DNA of 59,544 nt, counting the filler, from Ionaspis alba (taxonomy: Eukaryota): assembly GCA_964255285.1 (NCBI GenBank). It is 4 parts of 4 records of this genome, joined end to end, with 100 filler letters (N's around TTAATTAATTAA, not from the genome) between each part and the next. Parts side by side here need not be neighbours in the genome. Positions count along the whole stretch, not along the records: positions 1 to 14,823 come from CAXUUL010000397.1; 3 more parts are not named here. The stretch is one strand, 5' to 3'. The notes beneath the pieces were generated by a model. The model saw nothing but the letters and a program-made list of their open reading frames with translations, searched no databases and was not told where the DNA came from. Positions 1 to 10,564 of the stretch are shown in pieces; within the stretch, counting starts at the first letter, position 1, and the number at the start of each line of letters is the position of its first letter. The position numbers and the translations under genes were made by a program.

Positions 1-2
1 AG

Positions 3-170
3 AATGCGGATGTCAAGGTGCAGTTGAGACTGACGACGCTGAAAGAGACGAATGAAGGGTTTTGGACTCGGAGGGGCTTTCGGACTACGGTGGTGAAGAG
101 GTTGCCGGAGGGGACTTGGGGGAGTGAGAGTGGATTTTCTGTGTTAGAGATGGTTAAGGATTTGGTGTGA
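3..170 (+). CDS. 3' end of a probable GNAT-family acetyltransferase (5'-truncated at scaffold start)
   Basis: Frame from nt 3 reads NADVKVQLRLTTLKETNEGFWTRRGFRTTVVKRLPEGTWGSESGFSVLEMVKDLV-stop. The L-TT..E.N..FW.RRGF...P.G.WGS..GF....M.K pattern resembles the C-terminus of fungal GNATs. Absent from the ORF track because it lacks a start. Confidence 0.55.
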   Translation, partial: NADVKVQLRLTTLKETNEGFWTRRGFRTTVVKRLPEGTWGSESGFSVLEMVKDLV

Positions 171-590
171 TGAGGAGCTTGAGGACTGTGGATGTAGATG
201 CTGGGAAGATCGAAGGAATGAGACGGTCGGGTGCTGGACGATATATACGAGAAATGACGGATGAGAATCATGGATGATCGATGACACACATGAATGTATT
301 AGATTTGGAGTATGGATATCACTTTTGGACACTGGGATTGCGGAGGATGGAACTCAAGAGTGTTGGTCATGGATTTTGGTTCTGAGCCTGCCTGCTGGTG
401 AAGCATTGTGCACTGGCAGTACTTGCTCACTTTGGCTACAACGTTCACATAGATTTCGTCCTGGACATTGGAATGATGACCGAAGCTCTCTTCATTTTCA
501 TATAAAACGCTCACAGAAACAACTCCCTGGACGCCTTACGAACTTTATGCATAAATTGGAAGGCACAAAACATCAATATGCAACCGCTGC

Positions 591-2814
591 TCAAGCTTCA
601 CCACCTCCCATGAATTTCTGCCCTTTCACACTGACCCACTCCATGCATCCAGAGGCAACGAAGCCTAAGGCGCCACCCGCGGCGGCGACGTACTATGAGA
701 AGAAGACACGTCAGCACAGCTGAGTCATCAAGAGCGGCACAAGAGATAGGTGTGAGAATGTAGTGGGGTGTTCGATCAGGATTAGAATTTCAAAAGTGCA
801 TAGGAACACTTACAAAGGTGGTCGTGATAGCTTTGTTATAAGCTTCCAGTACAGGTTGCAAGATCTCCGGCTTCACAACTTGGCGGACGGCGCCCGCTCC
901 AGCTCGAATAATCAATTGAGCATCAACCCCGGGTATGTGAATCAACTCGTCTGACAAGCGAGAGACGAAGACATTCTGGGCTATGGCGAGGAAGAAAGCC
1001 CCACCGAAGAATTGGAAGAAGACAATGATGGAGGTGCCGGTGGATATTTTGCGGAGAGGAAGGACGGCTTGTACGGCGATGAGAGGCTAGGACATGTTAG
1101 AGAAAGTGATGATCTGTATGTTCTGGTGGGGTAGGACGAACCATTTGCAGAATAGAACCAATACCAGCTCCCGAAATGGCTTGATAGCCAATCCATGCAG
1201 CAGCACCTGAGTCGGTCTTAAATGTTGTGTACAAGCCCGCGCCGATCGAGGTCATTGCAGTGCCGAAAAGAAGCCAAGGATTGTAGTATCCGAGCTTGGT
1301 CACTGTAAAGGAAGGCAAATAAGTTCGTGTTCTTTCGAAGGAATGCATAGGGAGCGATGTGATCTTACCAAGAACGCCTGCAAACAAGGAGAAGAGAACG
1401 TTTCCAACCACCGAAGGGAAGTACATGATACCACTGTCTGTTGGGGTAGAGTTCTTAATCACCTGGAACCAGATTGGCAGATAGTACGTGACAAGCTGAA
1501 GACCGCCCATGGCCAAACAAGAAACGACAGCGCCGAAGAACACACTGCGTTGTGTGAAGACATCCGGTGGAATACTAGCTTCGTCCTTCTTGTACCACTG
1601 CCATGCACCGAAAAGCACCAATACACCAAAAGCGCCCAAGATCAGGCCGATGATCATGGCAGACTTCCATGCATGGAGGTTGCCCCCCCACTGTAAGGCG
1701 AGAAGAAGCATCACCACAGCTGGAGAAAAGAGGAAGAATCCAGGCAGGTCAAGGCGCTTGAGTTTGTCGATAATACTGACACGAGCGACTGCTTGAGCTG
1801 GGGGAAAGAAGAAGAAGAACAGAACGATGGCCGTCACAGCTCCACATGGCAGGTTGATATAGAAGCCTGTTGCGATTAGTCTAAGCTGCCAGGGTTCAAT
1901 GATATGAAGTTGTTCAACGTACACCATCGCCAGGACACATGTTGAGTCAAAGCACCACCAAGAACAGGTCCTACGATGTTTGCGACTCCGAACATAGAGG
2001 CAATGATACCGGTGTACACTGGAGTAGAGATCAGATCGACGTGCACCGGGTGATGGACAGAAGCTACTCACAAGGTCGAAGCCTCAGTGGGATGGAGTGA
2101 GCAATGATCACAAGCGCTCCCGAGAAGAGACCAGTGGCACCAAGGCCTGCAATTGCTCGACCGAGAATGAGGACAACAGAGGATGGTGCGGTTGCGCAGA
2201 CCAAGCTGCCGATCTCGAAGACAAAAAGGAAACATAGGTAGGCCCATTTTAGAGAGAAATGTTGGTAGATCTTGCCCGATAAGGGTTGGCATGCGCATCT
2301 GAAGAACGTCAATTTCATGACCTCCACGACACTGGATCGTGTAACTTACATGGTGATGAGGAACGAGCTTCCATACCACCCTACATCGTCAAGAGAGTTG
2401 AAGTTTGTCGTGATAGTGGGTATGGCCTATGATAAGCGTTAGATCAACCGCTCGATGCTGGCGACTCTGACTCTTTTGATATCTTACCGTGGCAAGAATG
2501 GCATTATCCTAGAACACTGTTAGAATCAACATAGTCAGAGATGGATGAGCAGTGCATACTAGAGCAACGAGTAGCACGGATATTGACAGCCCAAAGACAA
2601 TAATATAAAGCTTGAATCCGGAAAGATAGACTGTCGAATCCTCATCGTTCCTCGCAATGGGGATTTCGAGTAATGAATCTGGTCGATCCCGGACAGACGA
2701 GCTTCTTTCCAGTGAAGACATCCTGTAAACAGGCTCGTTCAAAGCAGTGGTAGAAATGTCTTCGTTTGGGATTTTGGGAAGGACAACGTCCTTCTCCTGC
2801 CATGGTAACTTCAT
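591..2814 (-). CDS. MFS efflux transporter, DHA2/14-TMS family (AflT/GliA/TOXA-like), multi-exon
   Basis: Spliced ORF with LLVAL|DNAILAT|AIP.IT..F, GRAIAGLGATGLFSG, SWRWCFYINLP, LDLPG, YYLPIWFQ, PLIAVQ and AYNKAITTTF motifs; GT-AG introns; stop TGA at 591-593. Confidence 0.93.
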
Positions 2815-3666
2815 CTTGTCGTGAGGATCTGTAGAAACTCGCTGAGGATAAAGACAGGAAGAGAAAACGAAAGAGAGAAGTATTGTAGGTCCTAGATCAC
2901 GATCTAGTCTTTTCGTGCAGATAGGACAATCAAAGAATGTTGACGTGATGACAGTTAAGATAGGAAGAGACGAAGGAGAAGAAGAAGACTACTGTAGCCA
3001 GAGCCCAGTAGATCTGATAGTCGATGACCACGAGGCATGCGGGTCCATGCCTGCTGTTTGACTCTCGATCATGCAACATCGCCACAGTCAGTGAGTGCAG
3101 GCGAATGAATAACCGAAGCTCTGGTTCCGGCCAGCCTTTCCTGCCTCTTTCATGACCTTTTTCTGGCTGTCAGCAAAGGGCTGCCACACCCTTTACCCCG
3201 TAGTAACCCTGTATGGTTGGTACTAGGCGGGCGGCACGCCATGCACCTCATCTCAGCTCGATCACGGTTGCAGGCTTTTCCAAGAAACGTCCATCTGCCT
3301 TTGCTTATCCGGTTCCGTCCAACGGGCCACTGAACATCCGTCGCGGCCCGTCCATAACGCCTGCCGCGCCCTAAATTACTTGGGCTATTTAGGCTGCAGT
3401 AGCCGGTGGAGCCTCCGTCTTACGATACAATACGATGTAAATTACGGTACTGTGTAATCCGGGGTCCAGCATGCATGTGCTCTACTAATATTATTGTTTC
3501 TTGGGCGGTCAGCATCCCCTCAGCCCTCCACTCGTCTGTATCTTCTCAGCTTCTGCACAGGAAAAAAGTTTCTTCTCATACTAAAATAATTGCTGTGCTT
3601 CGTGTATATCCGACACAGCTCCTCACATCATCTTCCCTTTCACTCAAGAATAGCAAAGCCACAGCC
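2815..3666. promoter_or_regulatory. Divergent (bidirectional) promoter region MFS/SDR
   Basis: Head-to-head ATGs at 2814(-) and 3667(+); several CGG/CCG triplets. Position-based inference only. Confidence 0.5.
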
Positions 3667-4731
3667 ATGGACTTCATCAAAGCTCAGCTCTCCAAAATAC
3701 CCGCCATCACTCCAGTGAACCTCTCGGCCTGCACCGTCCTCATCACAGGCTCTAACACTGGTCTGGGTCTGGAGGCCGCCCGTGAATTCCTACCCTCGAA
3801 ACCAAAACGGTTGATTCTAGCTGTCCGAAACATCGAGAAAGGCAATGAAGCCAAAAGGGAGCTCGACAAGTCCAAAGCTGCTTCAACCCAGATCGAAGTC
3901 CGAAAGTTGGATCAAGGCAGCTTTGCTTCAGTCTTGTCGTTTGCAAAAGGTTTAAAGGGTGACCGGGTGGACTTGGCAATTTTGAACGCCGGTGAGTTTC
4001 GACCGTGGTTGCCTGACCAATCCGTCGCGGGAACTTATTTTTGACGTCCGTTCTAACATGTTCTCCACCCACCAGGTGTGTGGAATACCGAATTCAAACC
4101 TACCGAAGATGGTTACGAGTCGGATCTTCAGATCAACACGCTTGCGCCAGCTCTCCTCTCGATCCTACTCCTTCCGAACCTCCGCGCTGCTTCCAAAGCT
4201 CCGACTGAGAACAATGCCCCCCGACCGCATCTTGTCTTCACGACCAGCGGTCTTCACGAAACAGCCAAGTTCCCCGAGCGCAAACTTCCAGAAGGCCAGG
4301 TTTTGGCCGCGCTGAACGACCCCAAGAAGTATACGAAGTCAGATCGCTATGCGACGACCAAGACCATCGGCCTCCTCTGGACTCGTGAGCTTGCGAGCAG
4401 AGTGCCAAGCTCCGAAGTGATCATCAACTCGTCATCTCCTGGCTTCTGCAGCACTGGCATCATGCGAAACACCTCCGGTATGATGGGCTATACTGTCAAG
4501 ATAGCCGAGAAGATGCTCGGAAGATCGCCTCAGGATGGAGCCAAATGCCTGGTCAATGCTGCTGTAGCACAAGGCCCAGAGACACATGGCAAATTCTTGA
4601 GTGAGTGCCAGATCAAGCCTGAGTCTGCTCTCGTCAGAGGCCCGGAGAGTAAGGAGCTCCAGGGTAAGATGTGGAGGGAGATTTCTGGTCTGCTTACCAA
4701 GCATGGGTTGGACTCGAAGGCTGTGCCATAA
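3667..4731 (+). CDS. Short-chain dehydrogenase/reductase (retinol-DH/WWOX-like)
   Basis: TGSNTGLG Rossmann motif, LNAG|V across intron 3992-4075, YATTK catalytic motif, SSPGFC.T. Confidence 0.92.
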
Positions 4732-5440
4732 ATTGGCTTTGCACAGTGATGGTCACGGTCTTTGACATTTAGTACTTTCGAGCTTGTATTTCAGCCAGCC
4801 TTTTCTAGTATGAGCCATCAGGCTTGAGGCTGGAGAAGCTGGGTTCGCAATGGGATTGAAAATCTAGTTACGTTGGATCAATTGCAATAGCCTCTATGAG
4901 AAACCATCGGGTAATCGCCTCAATCCCGCAACTTTTCTTTTTGAGTCCGTGACGTACGTAGCTTCACTAGATGAATTCCTCGATTGTAAGGCACCCATGC
5001 AGCCTATGCGCACGATCCTTCCGCCCCCATTTTCTCATAATCCTTTGTTCTGTTACAGAAATCTTCGCGTGGCCTCCTAGGCCGGAGAAGGGTTCGGCTA
5101 CACCAACATCACAGGCGATTTGCACCATGCACACATCTTCCTTCGGACCCACTTAGCTCTTCGCTCGGCTGGAGGGTTTTGGTCTAGATGCAGAATCATA
5201 ATTCAGGATCAGACAATACAAAGTCCACACTAAAAGTTCGTTGCTGTGCCCACTAGGTACAATCGTAGGGGCCGTTAGCCAAAATCCTCCGCATAATCAA
5301 ATATTTACAGATATCCCAAATATGGAAAATGTGGCGCCAGAAAACGTGTGGTACCATATCCCAACCAGTTCCCACCCCCTGATAATGATCACCCAGCCAA
5401 TCCCGAGACCGTTTGTATACACGCCTGTCTACCATGGAGC

Positions 5441-6942
5441 CTAGACCCTATCTTCTACTCCATAATGCCTATCCGACCCGTAGTGTCTATCCACGTTGTA
5501 GTGCCTCCCTTCTGACACATCAGTCCTTGCCCACGCGGACCCTGGATGCACATTATCTCCAACTCTGGCATTGACATAGTCTTCCGGAGGGGTGTCTGGT
5601 GGCAACTGATGTAATGGTAGTACCATGTCATCCACGGTCGAAAGGCCTGTCATTTTGGATTTGTACCCAGAATCTTCCGATGGGTACTTGTGAGCGGAGA
5701 ACTTTGCACCGTGGGTCTTGCTGTTGCCGTTCGTTTTTCTCGTGCCTGCCGAGCCGCCATTGGAATTGAGGTCCAGTAGCGATTTGAAAGCATTGATCGA
5801 GCCGGCGCTCTTTTCCATTGCGAGCTTGAAAGCGGGCCGAATTGATGGCATGCTTGCGACAATGAGACCAATGTTCTGTTCGAGCCTGATGGTTGTGTTA
5901 GCCAGACTCTCTAATACTTCCATATGAAACAGAAAAGGGGTCATTACACTGTCGCGATCTCCAGTGGAGCAAAAGCATCTAGTAGAGATGAATGTTAGTT
6001 GGATTCTCCGGGTGCAGCGACGGTAGCTGAGGAAAACTCACAAGAAGAGTCCCTGAAGTCTGTGGCTATTCCGTATAGGTACATCCGGGCGACACAGCAT
6101 CCTGTGGTACTGAAGACGAATGAGTGGTGAAGACAAAGTTACTTGGCTGCAGATATCACTTACAATAGGCCTAAGCCGATAAGACCACATATGGCAATTT
6201 TCTGAGATCGACTGATTTTGATGTTCCATAGCACAATGACAGGGAGGGTACAGCAGATCAGATCAGTGATGATGGAGAAGCCTTGCCCACTTGTCAATGT
6301 CGTTCTGGTAGAGCCCGAACGATTGGTAGCACTCACCACCTTGGATCCAAGCAAAGGAGTAAAGGACGTCGTGGCTAAAGCATTGCCCTGGCACCGAGAA
6401 ATCCCAAAAGGACACGATGGGCCGACATTGAGCAAGAAGCTCGATGAAACAAGCTCCATTGACCACAATCAAAGCACCGATCAAGCCATACATGAAGCGA
6501 ATCAAGCGCCTGTTATTTGCGATTCTGATAATCAACAAACAGATAGATATCTTGGTAAGAGTGGTCGAGAAGATGAGGGGCATTTGTGCCAAAGTACTCC
6601 ATTTTTGCTGCTCGGTCGCTCGTTGTCGATCTAGGTAGTAGGCGTGTCTTCCGCCGCCATTTGCCACGTGCAACAGCACAAATGAAGTGTTTATCGCAGC
6701 GAATGCCTTTCACAGAGTCGTCAACACGAGTTGGATTGGCAATAGAGAAGCAAAAGTCTCACAGTAGCTGCGATTATTGTATAGTCATCCCAACCGACCT
6801 GGCGGACGAGGAAGCGCCGACTGTACATACGAAGAACGAGGGCAAGGACGACGAGTGTGAAAGATACAATGGTGACATCGCGCAAAGCGGGACCTCTGTT
6901 CTGATCACCTCCTACGGGAGGAGGACCCATAGGGTACGACAT
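5441..6942 (-). CDS. Pth11-like (non-CFEM) 7-TM integral membrane protein, multi-exon
   Basis: GDQNRGP, LRMYSR...GWDDY, GGGRH, TKISICL, AQCRPIVSFWD, SIITDLICCTLP, EQNIGLIVASMPSIRP motifs typical of the fungal Pth11/rhodopsin-like family, followed by a disordered C-tail. Confidence 0.88.
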
Positions 6943-7833
6943 TGCGATCTATCTCTAGTAAACAATAGAAATCTAGCAATGCTCCAGCTCGGATCAATAA
7001 GAGTGACACGAAGGACGCAGGTCGGAGAATTTGACAGCAGAAGTGCGGTGCGGCAGCAGGTTATCAACCAGTCCAGATCCAATGAACAAATGGCGGAAAT
7101 CCTGCTGCATGGCCATCGAAGATCCAACATGGGATTATGGCCCCCACCTTCCAGCTCTGATACAAGACTCCGCCACCGCTTGGGCTGAGAAGTGGGTGCT
7201 TGGCGAGTCATCTGGACGATGTTCTGTCCATTCATAGACAAGCATTAGAGTTCTGACGAAAGCATTTGTCAGGCAAAAGAAGGCACAGCAACTGGTGCAT
7301 CCGAGTTGATGAGAGTCCGACCGAGGTGTGGACTGAATATTCAGACTATCCGGCATATCTGCAAGCCAGAGTTGAGTGAGGTGCAGTCGTGCCGCTGACC
7401 GGTGCTTGATGCCTCCGGGAAATGAAATCGCCGAATTTCACTGAGGCTGTGATTGAAGCGCAAAGCCCCGGCCCGTTCACTAATCCTGGCGAGGACGAGG
7501 GTGTGCTGAACGAGGAGGGATAAGCTTAAATGCAAAACATGAACAGGGGGTCGAAGCACGCGGCACTGTCGGCGACACGTGGGAAATATGCTGATCTCTG
7601 CCCCATGGATCGGACTTCCCATGATTTCGGCTCGTTTGCAGCATCTGCACAGTGCTGGGATCCTGCCACTTGCATGATAAGAATTATGAAAGAGACTTCC
7701 ATATTCCACTTGTAATTAGCTTACTGGCGACTAATTTCTGCATGTCAGCAATAGGGCATAACACTACCACATGGTTTCTCCCTAGTTGTGTTGGAAACTC
7801 TTACCCTCCTCATCACACAATCATTATCCTACA
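6943..7833. promoter_or_regulatory. Divergent promoter region Pth11-like/GST
   Basis: Head-to-head ATGs at 6942(-) and 7834(+). Confidence 0.5.
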
Positions 7834-8799
7834 ATGGCAGGCACTGAAACCAGTAACGCTGGTCCATGGCGAGGTGTACTGGGTTCCAACACCTTTCCCG
7901 CCGAGCCGAACCGCTATCATCTCTACGTTGGCCTCTTCTGCCCGTTTGCACATAGGGTTCTCTTGGCTTGGCAGATGAAGGGGCTCCAGGATATCCTTCT
8001 GATGTCAATTGTGAGGCCATACCCGAAGGGCGAGGAAGGCTGGCGATTCCCCAAAGATGATTCCGAATACCCTGGAAGTACAGTTGATCACCTATTTCAC
8101 TCCGCCTTTCTTCGTGAGGTCTACTTCAAGTCACCGCCCTCTTATGGCGAGTACTCGGGCAGATACTCAGTGCCGGTTCTATGGGACAAGCAGACGAATC
8201 AGATTGTGAATAACGAATCTGAAGATATCATGCGACAGCTGAACAGCGCATTCAATGACCTTTTACCAGAAGGTCCAACGCGCTCGCTCAATCTCTACCC
8301 AGAAGAGCTCAAGGACGACATCGATTCGATCAACACCTGGCTTCCCCGCGACTTGAACGCAGGTGTATATATGGCTGGATTTGCTCCTACTCAGGAAGGT
8401 TACGAGAAAGGATGTCGAAACCTCTTCGCGACACTTGATAAACTTGAGGCGCTTCTCAAATCGCACGACGCACCTTATATTCTAAACCAGCATCTAACTG
8501 AGCTGGATCTGAAAGCCTACGCCACATTGGTGCGCTTCGACACCATCTATGTGCAGCACTTCAAGCTGAACATTGGCACCATCCGACACAATTTCCCATG
8601 CCTGCACCGTTACCTGAAGAATCTCTATTGGAACGTGCCTGGTTTCAAAGAAACGACGAACTTCATCCACATCAAAGAAGGCTACAGCAAGTGCCATGGG
8701 GATATCAATCCGAAAGGAATCACTCCGATTGGGCCTGTGCCAGATGTTGAGTTTTGGACTGCCGAGGATGAAGCTTGGAAGCAAAAGCGGTCGAGTTAA
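7834..8799 (+). CDS. Glutathionyl-hydroquinone reductase / Xi(omega-like)-class glutathione transferase (ECM4/YqjG family), intronless
   Basis: RYHLYVGLFCPFAHR active site (CPWAHR-like), YSVPVLWDK, IVNNESEDI, LVRFD.IY.QHFK.N, TTNF.HIK..Y, INPKGITPIGP. Confidence 0.92.
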   Translation: MAGTETSNAGPWRGVLGSNTFPAEPNRYHLYVGLFCPFAHRVLLAWQMKGLQDILLMSIVRPYPKGEEGWRFPKDDSEYPGSTVDHLFHSAFLREVYFKSPPSYGEYSGRYSVPVLWDKQTNQIVNNESEDIMRQLNSAFNDLLPEGPTRSLNLYPEELKDDIDSINTWLPRDLNAGVYMAGFAPTQEGYEKGCRNLFATLDKLEALLKSHDAPYILNQHLTELDLKAYATLVRFDTIYVQHFKLNIGTIRHNFPCLHRYLKNLYWNVPGFKETTNFIHIKEGYSKCHGDINPKGITPIGPVPDVEFWTAEDEAWKQKRSS

Positions 8800-8979
8800 G
8801 CATGACATTGGTAGAATTGATAGCAATAGAATAGAAACTATCTATTTGTACTATCCTAACAACATAAGATCACTCAGAATCCATAACGCCATCAGTCCTC
8901 ATCTATATAAAACTTTTCTCCGTTGCTCCAGCAATGAAATCGCTTGACACCAGAACGTGCATACTTTCCCGGGCTTGGA

Positions 8980-9842
8980 TCAGAGCTTCTTGCCACCCTT
9001 TCCCTTGTTCTCCAAACCCTCCACATACTTGAAGACAAAGACATAGGCGAATTCCGCCAGCTCAGCTGCAACGAACAGGAAAGTGGCAATTGGCGTGCGG
9101 ACATAGGCGTAGTCAGCTGGGTAGTTGACGTATCGGTACTGGAAGACGGCGATGGCCACGAGCGTGCCCACGAATCGAAGGAACCTATTGTAAAAAGATT
9201 GAGTTAGTAATCGTGACTCCGAGACATACTGGAGTAGGGGACTGTTCAGAAACATGACTAACCATATGGTCATAGAATGTCCCCTGGTGTGCCCTCTTGA
9301 TAGAAGATGTGCAATGCTGCTATAGCTGATCATGGTCTGGCAGACAAATCCACCCCAGAACCCAGCTTCACAGAGGTCTGTGAACGTCTTCGCTACGGCA
9401 AAATGGCAGGCCAACATGAATATGAGGCCAATTGCCGTGATGGAGTACATGTTTTTGGCAACAAGTGGGGAATGTGACCATTCCCTTGGCCCAAAGGCCA
9501 CAGTTGTGTAAAGAATGTAGATGTCAATCACCAAGAAAGGAAAGAAAGCCACGAATTCGGCGGTTGCGGGAGGATATACGAGGCCGTAAATCGTCTCCCA
9601 TCCGATGTTTGCCCATCTGAAGCATGGAGTTAGATCTTGGGGATCAAATAAATTGCAGTCTGCACAACTCACAGTGCAAACAAGGGCATGCCGTAGGATT
9701 TGTCTCGATATGCCTGTACGATATAGAGGACATAGGCAGAACCCCATAGAACACCGCAGAAGAGAGTGAGGCCATCTTGAATCCAGAGATAGCTCTCCGG
9801 AGGATTGTTGGCGGCGTCGATGGGGGAAAGAGGAAGATGCAT
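8980..9842 (-). CDS. Pyr4/PaxB(IdtB)-family integral membrane terpene cyclase
   Basis: Three exons (introns 9617-9672 and 9185-9262) give ...RDKSYGMPLFALWANIGWETIY...RGHTRGHSMTIWFLRFVGT...AAELAEFAY. SYGMP, N..WE and RGHS..IW..R..GT are family hallmarks; about 7 hydrophobic segments. Confidence 0.9.
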
Positions 9843-10564
9843 TATGAAGGACAGGTGGAAATTATCTCCGAAGATACCGATCAATTGGGTCGATCAGAAC
9901 GAGGTGGGGAATATACACTGGATGCAATATTCGACTTTAATAGAGGGGAAGACACGAGGGAAAGATCCAGCAGAGAGGGAGGGGCCCACACAAAATGAAA
10001 AATTGATATGAATCCAAGACCCAGCGTAAGGGTCCGATGCACACCCAGCTGCATCGCCCACGAGGTCGACAGGCAATGTAACCTCAAAATGACGAGAGAT
10101 TAGAAAATTACAGCAATCAGCATGCACATGTAATATACGAAACCGGGGACTCCATACTGCTTACGCGTGTCAGGCTAGCTGACGGCACACTATTGAGGCT
10201 CGTTCCCAAAACAAGAAACAGGCCGGCAAAAGCGACCGTGCCAGCGGGATTGCCTGCATCGCCAAATGGCATGCGACGTGGATGCAACGTGGTCGGGCAA
10301 GGATCATTCCGATATACCGGGACTCCCCGGCGGGACTTTTGGGCCGGTCAGCCAAGCCATTCCCTTCCGGGCATCCAACAACACCATAGCGCAAATTCCG
10401 TTGGGCTATTGAAATTGTGCATTTGTTTGATTGCTAAACTAGCGCTAAGTAACTAACTGAAATACGAGGAAGAGAGCATGGAAAACCAAAGAGATAGCCC
10501 CCAAAGTAACATGTGAATCCTTTCATCCTTCCGGAGACTCCATCCGCTGACTATCCTTGCTGCT

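Noticed and set aside
274..723. 149-aa plus-strand ORF
   Set aside because: Overlaps the last MFS exon and its 3' region in antisense; no recognisable motifs.
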